64,000 nt of DNA from a virus: IMG/VR virus record IMGVR_UViG_3300031227_000028, positions 1 through 64,000 of that record; one strand, 5' to 3'. This document shows, one piece after another, positions 10,998 through 21,074 of the stretch. Under the pieces are notes generated by a model. The model did no database searches and had not been told where the DNA came from. It worked only from the letters and a program-made list of their open reading frames with translations. Each line of letters begins with the position of its first letter. Positions within the stretch are counted from its first letter, which is position 1. The translations under genes and the position numbers were made by a program.

Positions 10998-11133
10998 AGC
11001 ACCTAACCGGATTCAAACCGATGTCTCTTTTAAAACAACTTTATTTCATTATTCTAGTTTCACAAAATAAAGCAACATACTAGTAATATTATTTACGTTT
11101 ACAAAGCGCTTTATCGGGCTAAGCTATAGGTGC
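10998..11133 (-). tRNA. tRNA-like element with a ~60 nt insertion in the anticodon arm
   Basis: Perfect acceptor GCACCTA/TAGGTGC, D stem GCTT/AAGC, T arm ATCGG-TTTGAAT-CCGGT. The D-loop has GA instead of GG and the T-loop has TTT instead of TTC. Confidence 0.55.
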
Positions 11134-11344
11134 ATAAATGCAACTTATTTCTCCATACAAGTTGCCAACACTTTCTTTAGCATAAAATAGTTTTTAATAG
11201 CAGTCTTGATTTCCTTCCACCATCACATGTAAAGTACTAGCTTTAAACCATAAGGAAACTAGCTCTTCCTCTCCCGTTACTGATGATTAGTCAGCACTAA
11301 GAGCGGCGATTACTTAACCTCTCAATAAATTGAGTATAAATTGT

Positions 11345-11458
11345 TTACATTCCTGCAAACTTTGATAGGACTAATCCCATTAACAATCCGATAGACCAAG
11401 CAATTACTATAACTGCTGCAACCATTGGATGTCCAAAAAATTCTTGTTTTTGTTCCAT
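11345..11458 (-). CDS. Small single-TM peptide (37 aa)
   Basis: MEQKQEFFGHPMVAAVIVIAWSIGLLMGLVLSKFAGM, read by hand and below the ORF-track cutoff. Confidence 0.5.
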   Translation of the reverse strand: MEQKQEFFGHPMVAAVIVIAWSIGLLMGLVLSKFAGM

Positions 11459-11689
11459 TTTGAATGTATGATAGTCTACCAACCAGATTTTTCTTTTTAT
11501 ATGTTTCTTGTATTCCGCTTTTCTGCGCCATCAACAAGCTACCCGTACATATTTGAGGTCCAAGTAATTCTCCCGCTGTCTCCTTCGGACGATGCCTTCT
11601 TTTTAACGCGGAAAGGTATGAGTATAAAAACCTGGCGCTATGAAATGAATTAAAAAACATAGGGCCAGGAAAAAGAGGTGATAATAAAA

Positions 11690-11735
11690 CTCTTATATGT
11701 AATTTCGGTTGGTTGGGGTAAATTACATATAAGAG
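11690..11735. repeat. Perfect 16-bp stem hairpin
   Basis: CTCTTATATGTAATTT, a 14 nt loop, then AAATTACATATAAGAG. Confidence 0.85.
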
Positions 11736-11846
11736 CGATTGATTGAAGTGAACATAAATATATATTTTTAAATATATATTCTTTATTTATTATAATTATA
11801 ATTATTTTACTTATTTATATAGTTTTAGATGTTCTATCATATAATA

Positions 11847-12152
11847 CTAATTATATTTAAATTCTTTTATAAACGAATCAATATTTTCTTTAACTTCATT
11901 TAATTGTTTATTAATTGAAATCATTTCTTTACAAGCAATACAAATACCTGATTTATTTTTATCACAAATTGGTGCTCCGCACTTAGAACATTTTTTATTT
12001 AAGTTATTAAATCTCTTAGTATATTTAACACTATTATTTTTATTTAATTTATCAAATAATTTTTTAAAATGTTTAATAAATGTAATATTTATATTAATAA
12101 TTCTAAATGAATTAACCATTTTTCTACTATAAAATTCGTTACATGTAGGCAT
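11847..12152 (-). CDS. Zn-finger protein
   Basis: CSKC...CIAC. Confidence 0.5.
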   Translation of the reverse strand: MPTCNEFYSRKMVNSFRIININITFIKHFKKLFDKLNKNNSVKYTKRFNNLNKKCSKCGAPICDKNKSGICIACKEMISINKQLNEVKENIDSFIKEFKYN

Positions 12153-12153
12153 T

Positions 12154-12432
12154 TTATTTTCTCCTCTCTATATTTTTATTACAACATATACTTTTAGCAG
12201 GTCCATTTAAATTTAATTCTCTATAAATTTCCTCACTACAATTTTCATATTCATAAACATTTTTATTAAAATTAAAAAATTTAACAATATCTTTTTGTTT
12301 TATTAAATTAGTAATAGCTTTTGATACTGTTGAACACCCATAATTAAAATGTTTTGGATATATTTCTTTTATTTCTTTTGGAGTTAATCTTCCATATCTT
12401 CTTATTATATATAATACTTCTCTAGCTCCCAT
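12154..12432 (-). CDS. Winged-helix DNA-binding protein
   Basis: wHTH pattern LTPKEI...STVSKAITNLIKQKDI. Confidence 0.6.
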   Translation of the reverse strand: MGAREVLYIIRRYGRLTPKEIKEIYPKHFNYGCSTVSKAITNLIKQKDIVKFFNFNKNVYEYENCSEEIYRELNLNGPAKSICCNKNIERRK

Positions 12433-12446
12433 TTTGATATATATAA

Positions 12447-12746
12447 TTATGGTTTATTTATATTATTATGTTTATTTTTTAATTCTAACCATAATATAAA
12501 CAAGCCATTTGTAATAAAATGTGCTAAATGTGGTAATTTACTTTCAGAATCTAACCATTCACCTTGCATATATGCACTCCAATGCCTAATTGCCGCTGAT
12601 TTATACCTATTTATTTCAACTAACTTCCAATTGCCCTCTTGATATAAATCTGCACCATAAGTAAAAACATCTACAACTAAATCTAAAGCGTTCCATGGCA
12701 TTAAATGCCATCTTCTCTTTCCTTTATCGTGTTTAATTCCTTTCAT
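12447..12746 (-). CDS. dATP/dGTP diphosphohydrolase-domain protein (DUF5664-type)
   Basis: Signature KHDKGKRRWHL...GA..Y...NW...Y..A.IRH....GE..DSES.LPHLAH. Confidence 0.8.
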   Translation of the reverse strand: MKGIKHDKGKRRWHLMPWNALDLVVDVFTYGADLYQEGNWKLVEINRYKSAAIRHWSAYMQGEWLDSESKLPHLAHFITNGLFILWLELKNKHNNINKP

Positions 12747-13509
12747 CTTAATTTTTTTTATAATAATCGTCTTCTGGTTTCTTAAATGATTTATCTAAAT
12801 GTTCAAACGCTTCTAAACCTTTTTTATATAAATCGTTCCATTCTCCTCTTGTAAAATTCCACTGTTGAGCAACCATTGATAAATATATTTGGTCTGGTTT
12901 ATCTTCATATAAATGAAATAACATACAACTACGTGGACGAAATATCTTTTTAAGTCTTCCTCGTACTTTTTTATATTGTGGTATCATTTCATCTCCTGCT
13001 TATTTTTCTTTTGTATCCACATTTAAGACAAACTAAATATTTTCTATCTTCTAAATTTGAACTACCAAATAATAAATTATTTACCCATTCTTCATCTTCA
13101 ACAATCACAAACTTATGATTACATAATATTCTTTTTATTAATTCAAAAACCAATTTTTTCCCTCTTAATTTTTTTATATGATAATAAACCATCAGATGTT
13201 TTATATGGTTGTACAATATAATTTTCTTTATCAATTTGATATTCATAATGTAATTCTTCTAATTGTAAAATAACATTATGATACATTTTTATACCTTCTG
13301 TTATTTCTTCTATAAAATCTAATTCACTAATTTCTACACGTTCTTCTAAGTCTTCTTCAGTCATTTTATTACTTCCATATCATCTAAATTAACTTCTATT
13401 TGTTTAAAATCTTGATTAGTAATTAATAAATTATCCTGATAACGTTGTATTATTAAAATAATATCTCCTATTTTAATATTTACTGATTCCATATTATCTA
13501 ATTCTAATT

Positions 13510-13833
13510 TCATAGTATTATCTTCTCATAAACTACTGGGTCACTATAAGCATAAAACGTATCAATTCTATTGTATTTATATTGCAGATAATTATCTCCT
13601 CTCCATAGTTGATTCTCTGCTTTCTTTCTAGCGTGATTTGTATCATTTGACTTATATTCAAAAATAAGTAATCTATTACCTAGCTCAACCATTATGTCTG
13701 GTTCAACATAAATATCTGGTCCATGATAATATGATGTTTCTGTTCTTATATTCTTGTAAGGAGTTGTAGAGTTCGTTAGTCTTTCAACTATTGAACAAAT
13801 TCCTTTTTCGTGTGTACCTATTTTTTTTTTCAT
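13510..13833 (-). CDS. PD-(D/E)XK nuclease-like protein
   Basis: EPDIMV...IFEYKS motif. Confidence 0.6.
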   Translation of the reverse strand: MKKKIGTHEKGICSIVERLTNSTTPYKNIRTETSYYHGPDIYVEPDIMVELGNRLLIFEYKSNDTNHARKKAENQLWRGDNYLQYKYNRIDTFYAYSDPVVYEKIIL

Positions 13834-14280
13834 TTAAACGTTCCAGCAAAAAACATTAATAACAACATGATAATTGAAGAAATTAAACTAGTAAAAAAAC
13901 TATGTTTTTTTTCTTTTTTAATTTGGCCATCTAAAACTATCATCATGCCTAATGATATTAAATGTATTGCTATTATTATATAACCTGCCCAATTCATTTT
14001 AATCTATCTCTAATTTATCATTACTAATATATGGTTCATGATCTTTATATTCATACATTTTATACAAAGCTTCATCTATTGATATAGACTGTTTATTTTG
14101 AAATGTTTTTTCCATATAATCTTTCTTTAATAAACCATAATTATCATTGCCTTGTTTGTAATATAAATCTCCTTTTACATCAGCAAAAAAATTTTTTTCA
14201 TATCCATATTGTGTGAATTTATCTACTATTAAAGTTTTATCTCCTACTATTATTTCTAGTTTCTTCATATTCATATCTCC

Positions 14281-14751
14281 TTAAAATTCATATTTTAATC
14301 CTATTTCTGTTATACTTTTAGCATTAGCTATTCCTGTAAATTGTTCACTAGTAAAAATTCTATCTTCTATAAAAGCTCCTTGAAAATATTGTTCTTCAGC
14401 TTTAACTGGATGAGTACAATTATGAAAAGCATATAAAGTAAAATTAGATAATTTTAATTCAGCAAATATATCATATCCTTGACTAAATGGGTCAAAATAT
14501 ATGTTATTTTTTGGTAATTCCATATATGTTCTAGCAGCTCCTCCAATCTCTAAAGAAACATTATTATATAATTTTTGTTCTAAACTAAAACCAACTTCTA
14601 ATTTTGATATATTTTCTTTATAATCAAATATTTGGCCATATGATGGAACAAATGCAAAATCAGCATGACCGTGTGGTACTGGTTTAGGTAATGTACTACA
14701 TGAACTAATTAAAGCTACTAATCCAATAACTAATGGTTTTATTATTTTCAT
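14281..14751 (-). CDS. Lipoprotein-signal protein with a beta-barrel-type C-terminus
   Basis: MKIIKPLVIGLVALISSC (lipobox-like), alternating amphipathic strands, ends EIGLKYEF. Confidence 0.55.
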   Translation of the reverse strand: MKIIKPLVIGLVALISSCSTLPKPVPHGHADFAFVPSYGQIFDYKENISKLEVGFSLEQKLYNNVSLEIGGAARTYMELPKNNIYFDPFSQGYDIFAELKLSNFTLYAFHNCTHPVKAEEQYFQGAFIEDRIFTSEQFTGIANAKSITEIGLKYEF

Positions 14752-15450
14752 TTTATTCCTTCCAATTTTCTATAATATTAATTACTTTTAAAAGTTTATC
14801 ATCAGAAAGACATTGAAAATTAAATTCGCTAATTTTTCTTAAATTATTTCTTCTTCTAAGATATTGTTTATCTTCAATTGTGGTAGGACTTATAGATGAA
14901 GATGCCCAAGAACCTTCTCCTAAAATTAGACCAGTTCTTCTATTCCATCTAATATTACCTAAAGTAACTATTAATGTTTGAGTAGTTCTAATAATTATAG
15001 TAATAGATTGTATATTACCATATCTTCTTACTGTTACCTGTTGTCCGATTTGTAATTCTTTTAGTTCCATTTTAGTTACATAATATATCTTCATCTATAC
15101 ATATATCACAAATTTCACATTGTAATTTATTATTTTTATCAGTTGATATTTTCCTAACAAAGTTAAACCCAATATTAGTACCACATAAGCATTTATATTT
15201 AGTAGGGAATTCATGTTCACATTCATCACAAACATATTTTGGTAATCTTTCACCATCAAATGTTTCTAAAACAAAGTTTTTACTTCCGCAATATGGACAA
15301 TTTTTCATTTTATACCACCAATCCTAAAGCTTTCATTGCTTTAAAATGTGTCAAACCTTTAGCTCTAACACCTTGATATTGAACAAGTTGGTGAAAAGTA
15401 AGTTTATTTCTTTGATTTTGTTGTTTAATTGCAATTTTATTCATTTTTTC

Positions 15451-15525
15451 CATCTCCAATCAATTATTATTAATCACTAATTATAATTATAATAAACCAG
15501 TACTAATATATAAATGTATTGTTTT
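15451..15525 (-). promoter_or_regulatory. Repeated promoter/RBS cassette, copy 1
   Basis: AAACAATACA-TTTATATA-TTAGTACTGGTTTATTATAATTATAATTAGTGATTAAT...GATTGGAGATG: BRE-like A-run, archaeal TATA box, GGAGATG SD-like site. Confidence 0.75.
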
Positions 15526-15955
15526 TCATTTATATACTAATACTATCATCTTCTTCATCAATTCTCTTTAACAAACCAAAAATACTCTCAAATTTTCGTC
15601 CTAAATTCTTTTTAGAACCAACTATTCCTGCATGCTTTCCACCACATTTTAATGAACAAAATCTAGGTATTCCACCAACATTATTTTTTCCATATGATGG
15701 TTTTCGTCTAAATACTTCTCCACATTCTTCGCATATATATTTTGCCATTATTTCACCTTGGTCTCTTTATTCTTGCACAAAAATACCATGAACTATATCT
15801 ACAATGTTTACATGTTACTTTATCTAAATTATGCGTAGTATATTTAGGATTCTTTACGCTACAATAACTTTTACCATTAGGCGCTAGGAAATGAACTTTA
15901 AATCCATTCTTTTTCTTTTCCATAGTTAGTTCTTGTTCTATTATTGATTGCATAT

Positions 15956-16276
15956 TTACCTCTTCTTAATTATGTCTACCACAGTCATAGCTTCTTGTTT
16001 ATCTTTCTTTAACTTAATTAAATTTGTAAGGGCTGAAACTTTTCTAACTCCATCCTCTAATGTTTTTTGAATCTTATATGCAAAACGTTGAGTTAATGTC
16101 ATATCCTGAGCATGTAAAACATCATGACATTTCTGACATAAAGGTATTTCAACGTTCTTAACTGGATTCATACATTTAGGGATACAATGGTGATTAGTAA
16201 TATTTGTTGTGTTTTCACAACACCAACAAACGCCCTCATTTACTTTAATTCCATTATCTCTTATTTGCACGTTCAT
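15956..16276 (-). CDS. HNH-type endonuclease-like protein
   Basis: CWCC...HHCIP...N...LCQKCHD..H. Confidence 0.6.
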   Translation of the reverse strand: MNVQIRDNGIKVNEGVCWCCENTTNITNHHCIPKCMNPVKNVEIPLCQKCHDVLHAQDMTLTQRFAYKIQKTLEDGVRKVSALTNLIKLKKDKQEAMTVVDIIKKR

Positions 16277-16573
16277 TTTTAAACATCTTCACAATCTTCG
16301 ACGTCTTCATCGTATTCATCAGCGTATTCATCGTCTTCTTCATCGTCTTCTTTCATTTCATTAATAATTTCTTCAGAATATTCATCATAATCTTCAGTTT
16401 TAATCATAAGACCTTCATTCACCATAAATTTACTCATTACTTTAAGCATATCTTCAGCTTTACTTAATTCACGTTCTGAAATTTGTACTCTACTTGATAA
16501 TGTTAAGATACAATCTTGTAAATCTCTCATTGTGTTTTCAAATTTGCAATAGCTCATATTTCCCATTTTTTTT

Positions 16574-16675
16574 CATCTCCAATCATTAATCACTAATTAT
16601 AATTATAATTATAATAAACCAGTACTAATATATAAATATATTGTTTATTTATTTATATATTAGTACTGGTTTATT
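16574..16675 (-). promoter_or_regulatory. Repeated promoter cassette, copy 2, with a perfect 26-bp inverted repeat
   Basis: 16613-16638 and 16650-16675 are exact reverse complements (AATAAACCAGTACTAATATATAAATA). Confidence 0.75.
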
Positions 16676-17260
16676 TTCCTACTCTCCATAAAATTTTATT
16701 TAATGGTTTACTACAACTAATACCAGATAAAAAAAAATTAATAAAAACAAATTCAATATAATAATTAAACAATTTCATTGTAAATCCTTTAATTTGATTT
16801 CGTTTCATTTATAACACCAATCCTTGAGCTAAATGTTTTAAGAAATGATTAACATCACCATTCATAAAATCTATTTTCATAATTGTTTTAGCTATTTGAT
16901 TTTGTTCTTTAATTGATGCAATCATAATATGTTCAATTACAACATCATTTGAAATTAAATTTATTCCGCTTGGACCTTCAATTTCGTAATTTTGAGTTTC
17001 TAATTGTTTTTCACTAAAAAAAGTTTTTAAATATTTTTTTGCATTCATTTTTATTCCTCTATGATAATTTCAATACTTGATGCATCTGCAATTTCTTCAA
17101 CATCTCTTATAGTAGCTTTATTTGGGTTATCTTCCATATCTTCATATTCATCAACTATTAAATTATATAATTTAATTTCATTTATTTTATCATATATAGT
17201 AGGTTGTGTAATTAATTTCCAAAGTTTTTTATATTTAATAATTTTTTCATCCATTTTTTC

Positions 17261-17334
17261 CATCTCCAATCATTAATCATTAATCACTAATTATAATTAT
17301 AATAAACCAGTACTAATATATAAATGTATTGTTT
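17261..17334 (-). promoter_or_regulatory. Repeated promoter cassette, copy 3
   Basis: Near-identical to copy 1. Confidence 0.75.
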
Positions 17335-18448
17335 ATTGCCTTACTATTTGTATTAACATTTTTGAATTTTCGTTATTAACTTCAACTAAATCTATACATT
17401 CTAAATGATATGGTTTAGCTTCCATAATTCTATCTTCTTGTGTGCCATGAATTCCTACTAAAACACATTCTTTATTTTCATTAGTGCCACAAATTGGGCA
17501 TATTGATTCTTTTGGAAATTCTTTAAACGTTCTCATTTTAATGCCTCAAATATATCATCTTTAGCAATTAATCCCATCATCATTTTTCTATCTTGTTGAT
17601 ATAATATTTCAATTGCTGCTCTTGTTTGAACTTTTTGAAATTCAACGCCACGTCTAAAAACTTCTTTTAAAGCTAGATTTTCTGAATCCCAATTTGAGCA
17701 ATCGCTGACTGCTTCGCTCATTTCCTTTTCATATTCTTTATTCATTTTCAATTACCATTCTTCTAATAATTCTTCTTCTAATATATCTAAATCTATATCT
17801 TCATATAAAATATATTCATAAACATAACTTTCCATTTATACACCTGCTAATTGAAATTGTTTTTCACTAATTTGTTTTGATATTTTTGTTGTATTATAAA
17901 TATTAAATGCAATCGCTATTGCAAATATCCATGCAATCATAAATGTTAATAATATCCATGCCATTAAAAAAAAGATTTTAGCAAAATACATTTTATGTAA
18001 ATATCTTAATTCATCTTCTAATAATTTTTTTTGTCCTTTAGTTAATTTTGTCATTTTTACATACACCTTATGTGAATACCTTGTTCAACTTCGCTTGGTC
18101 CAAGCTCTTCACCACAAACAGAGCATACAGGTTCTAACAAACTAATATCTAATCTATTATATATTTGTTCTCCTTTATATGCATAATTACCCAAAATAAC
18201 ATAAATAAAATCATTAGTCACCTTTGTGACCATTCCTTTATTTTCGTTTTCATCGATGACTAAATCACCGACTTTAAAGTCGGCTTCATTATTCATTTTA
18301 AAATTCCAAGTTCTAATCCTTGGAAATACATTGATTCTAAATCAGCTTTAGAACTTTTATTCCATGATGCTTTACTTCTTAATACATTAACTGAACTTAA
18401 TTTTTGAATTAATTCTTTTTTATTTAATTTTTTTTCATCCATTTTTTT

Positions 18449-18515
18449 CATCTCCAATTATTAATCACTAATTATAATTATAATAAACCATTATTAATAT
18501 ATAAATGTATTGTTT
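18449..18515 (-). promoter_or_regulatory. Repeated promoter cassette, copy 4
   Basis: Same element with a few substitutions; the downstream ORF starts MDEKK. Confidence 0.7.
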
Positions 18516-18928
18516 TTACATTTATATATTAATAAAGGCAAAGCGTTTAACCGCTCAGTCTTCATTGTTATCAACAATTCCATAATTTACAAAATTTGTA
18601 AAGCTTTCTTCTTGCTCTTCATTTAAGAATAAACTCTCTGAATCTATAGTAGCTTGTTTTGTTGCTGCTTCATCACTAAAACCATTCATTCTTAAATTAT
18701 AATATATACTCCCTTTGCTTGTATCCATTTTTATTCCTCCATAATAATTTTTATTGTAAAAGGTAATACTAATTTACTTCCTCTAAGGATTTCTGTATGT
18801 TCAAAAACACAAACTTGAATTTCTGGAACGTTATATTTTTCTGCATATTTTTCTACAATTGATTGTTTATTGTGATATCCACATTCTTTATAAATTTTTA
18901 ATGTTTTTATTTTTTCATCCATTTTTTT

Positions 18929-18995
18929 CATCTCTAATCGTTAATCTTTAATTATAATATAATAATACCATTACTAATATATAAATGTTATGTTT
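18929..18995 (-). promoter_or_regulatory. Repeated promoter cassette, copy 5 (diverged)
   Basis: Same element; the downstream ORF starts MDEKIK. Confidence 0.6.
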
Positions 18996-19017
18996 ATTCA
19001 TTTATATATGAAATACC

Positions 19018-19108
19018 CTGTAGGTGACTAGTGATTTAAGGGTTTATATCAGAATAATCGGTCTATTACAGTAGGTGACTGTAGGTGACTGGTGATTTAA
19101 GGGTTTAT
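19018..19108. repeat. 30-bp direct repeat pair with GTAGGTGACT decamers
   Basis: CTGTAGGTGACT(A/G)GTGATTTAAGGGTTTAT at 19018-19047 and 19079-19108, with an extra decamer at 19071-19080. Confidence 0.8.
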
Positions 19109-19822
19109 TTCAATAATATCGTCAGAATTAGGTTCAATTTGGTCTGATTCTTCAGAATCCTGACCAAACATCTTTTTAAGTATAATAGAGGCTGTGTCTT
19201 CAGCTATATTAGCATTTAAATTCATATTTACATTAGTATTTCTAGTTTTGGTACCATGTAACTGCTTATGCACGTCTAATTTAAGCTTCTCAATCTGCAT
19301 CATATGTTTAGGATTATCGCATAATTTCTCAATTTTTTCTAAGTTTGTATATATTTGACCTGCTCCAAGCTCAGAATCCGTCATAAATTCAACAAATTTA
19401 TCGATTTTCTTATCAGATACTCCAGAATTTTTCATTCCTAATACCTTTTGGGAGATTCTTGCTTTTAAAGAGTTCATTGAGCCTGTTCTCTTGCCTATTC
19501 TATCAGGTCCTGCCCTCCCTGCCTTCTTTATATAAACTTCAAATGATGCTCTGCTATTCTGAAACCATTTTGTTAAATCTCTTGGTCCTTGAAAATATCT
19601 AACTTCTTCTGTTACTTGATTGACTTCACCTTGAAAATTTTTTCCTTCTTTTTTATAAACGACTATTTTTTCGCCTAATTCATTATTATAAGAAGAAATA
19701 TATTCATGTTCCCATTTAAATACATTAGAAGGCGGTGTTATTACTTTAGTTAAATCGACTTTCCCAATATTTTCACATATCTCAGCCTCTTTTAGCTCAT
19801 CTTTTAAAATTTTCTTATACAT
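19097..19822 (-). CDS. Hypothetical protein, possibly terminase small subunit
   Basis: 241 aa, helical, with a C-terminal HGTKTRNTNVNMN strand and acidic tail reminiscent of TerS; function is speculative. Confidence 0.35.
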   Translation of the reverse strand: MYKKILKDELKEAEICENIGKVDLTKVITPPSNVFKWEHEYISSYNNELGEKIVVYKKEGKNFQGEVNQVTEEVRYFQGPRDLTKWFQNSRASFEVYIKKAGRAGPDRIGKRTGSMNSLKARISQKVLGMKNSGVSDKKIDKFVEFMTDSELGAGQIYTNLEKIEKLCDNPKHMMQIEKLKLDVHKQLHGTKTRNTNVNMNLNANIAEDTASIILKKMFGQDSEESDQIEPNSDDIIEINP

Positions 19823-19916
19823 ATTGCTACCAAACTTGCGTTATTTTAATAGATTATATCTGTAATACTAGTTAATAATTAAAAAAAAATAATTAAAAAT
19901 ACGTTAGTTATGACGT

Positions 19917-20534
19917 TTATTTAGGCATATTTGACTGTCTTAAAAGTTTCATTTCTTCATCTCTTTTAATTTCATCAAGTTTTTTTTGATAAATTGGGTT
20001 TTCATTTAAATATTTATCAGTTTGTTCTTTATTAACTTTCATATATTTAAGAAATTTCTCTTCATCTTTATAATCAATTTCCATAGCATTTCCGCAACCT
20101 CTTTGTTTACAAGTTAAATTGTAAACCCATCCATATTGAGCTTCTGTGCTAACACCATTTACAACTGCTTTTTTAGTTGCTGGCTTTCTTATAATTGCAT
20201 TATCAAATTTTCCTTGAATTAATTTACCAAAAGCAAATCTTTCACTTTCTGCATATTGAGTAAAATCTACGCTAAAAGGGTCAATTTTAATTTTATTTTT
20301 TACTTCATTATTTAATGTAAGCATGAACGATTCTGTTTTATCTGATAAATTTTTTTCAAAATCTATTTTAGCACATCTTGCACAAAATGGTTGTCTTTTT
20401 CTATTATATTCTGCTTCGTTATCAGCTTTTATTCTATTAAAAATAACTTTTGGAGACTTTTCTTTATCAAATATGTTTTTATAGTCTGCTTTTTCCTCTA
20501 AAGTCTGTTCTCTGAAAATCTTACCTTCTACCAT
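19917..20534 (-). CDS. Hypothetical Zn-binding protein
   Basis: CARC...CKQRGC. Confidence 0.55.
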   Translation of the reverse strand: MVEGKIFREQTLEEKADYKNIFDKEKSPKVIFNRIKADNEAEYNRKRQPFCARCAKIDFEKNLSDKTESFMLTLNNEVKNKIKIDPFSVDFTQYAESERFAFGKLIQGKFDNAIIRKPATKKAVVNGVSTEAQYGWVYNLTCKQRGCGNAMEIDYKDEEKFLKYMKVNKEQTDKYLNENPIYQKKLDEIKRDEEMKLLRQSNMPK

Positions 20535-20535
20535 T

Positions 20536-20862
20536 TTATTCTTTATCCTCTTCGTTAGCGTCTCTACCGCTATCTAACGCACTATCGTCAATTACTGGTT
20601 TTTCTTTTTCTTCAACACCTAATGTTAAATGTTCATTATAAATATCAAATAAATTTTTATTTTGGTCAACAATTGATTGATATTTTTTCATATTTTGTCG
20701 ATATTGTTCTATCTTATAATTATAATCAGCTTCATATCCACCACGTAAACCGTTTTCAATAACTGATGCTTGATAAGCATAATAATCCATTTCTGTTTTA
20801 CATTTATCTATTGCTTTTTGTGTTCTTCTTTTTTCATCTTCGTTTAATTCTCTTCTTACCAT
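20536..20862 (-). CDS. Hypothetical coiled-coil protein
   Basis: 108 aa ORF with a GGAGG-like SD. Confidence 0.55.
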   Translation of the reverse strand: MVRRELNEDEKRRTQKAIDKCKTEMDYYAYQASVIENGLRGGYEADYNYKIEQYRQNMKKYQSIVDQNKNLFDIYNEHLTLGVEEKEKPVIDDSALDSGRDANEEDKE

Positions 20863-20996
20863 AATAAACCCTCCAATATAATTTCTATTGCTGTATCTTG
20901 ATTTAATTTTTCTCCTCTAACAATTCCCATATTGTCAATAAAATTTTTTAAATTTTCATGAGCAAAATCGCTTACAGTAACATTAAGTTTTTTCAT
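20856..20996 (-). CDS. Small ribbon-helix-helix-like regulator
   Basis: Read by hand: MKKLNVTVSDFAHENLKNFIDNMGIVRGEKLNQDTAIEIILEGLLW (beta strand plus two helices). Confidence 0.45.
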   Translation of the reverse strand: MKKLNVTVSDFAHENLKNFIDNMGIVRGEKLNQDTAIEIILEGLLW

Positions 20997-21074
20997 AAAA
21001 TAATAATTATTTTACCTATTTATAATTACTATATTATATAATATTATTTACATTAAAATTTTAATTTTGTATCT

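Larger units (their letters stand above)
12748..18931 (-). other. Region of many small early-type hypothetical ORFs (many Zn fingers) organised as promoter-led cassettes
   Basis: More than 20 ORFs of 40-160 aa on one strand, punctuated by the repeated promoter element. Confidence 0.65.

Noticed and set aside
11274-11320. Hammerhead ribozyme (CTGATGA followed by a TTAG/CTAA stem)
   Set aside because: GAG replaces the required GAAA, there is no stem III, and it is antisense to local transcription
11570-11600. SRP RNA helix-8-like GTCCGAAGGAGACAGC on the minus strand
   Set aside because: Lacks the GNRA tetraloop and symmetric-loop consensus; retained only as part of the unexplained structured island
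11322-11660. 112-aa minus-strand ORF and 11429-11653 plus-strand ORF
   Set aside because: Atypical codon and amino-acid usage, overlap with hairpins, and a better small TM ORF exists in another frame
15451-18995. CRISPR or IS-end interpretation of the dispersed ~70 bp repeats
   Set aside because: Spacing is irregular (0.5-1.2 kb) and separated by genes; the repeats contain TATA and SD elements; no transposase
19018-19108. Mini-CRISPR interpretation of the 30-bp repeat with a 31-bp spacer
   Set aside because: Only two copies, the spacer contains part of the repeat, one copy overlaps a coding end, there is no CRISPR-like terminal motif, and no cas genes are present
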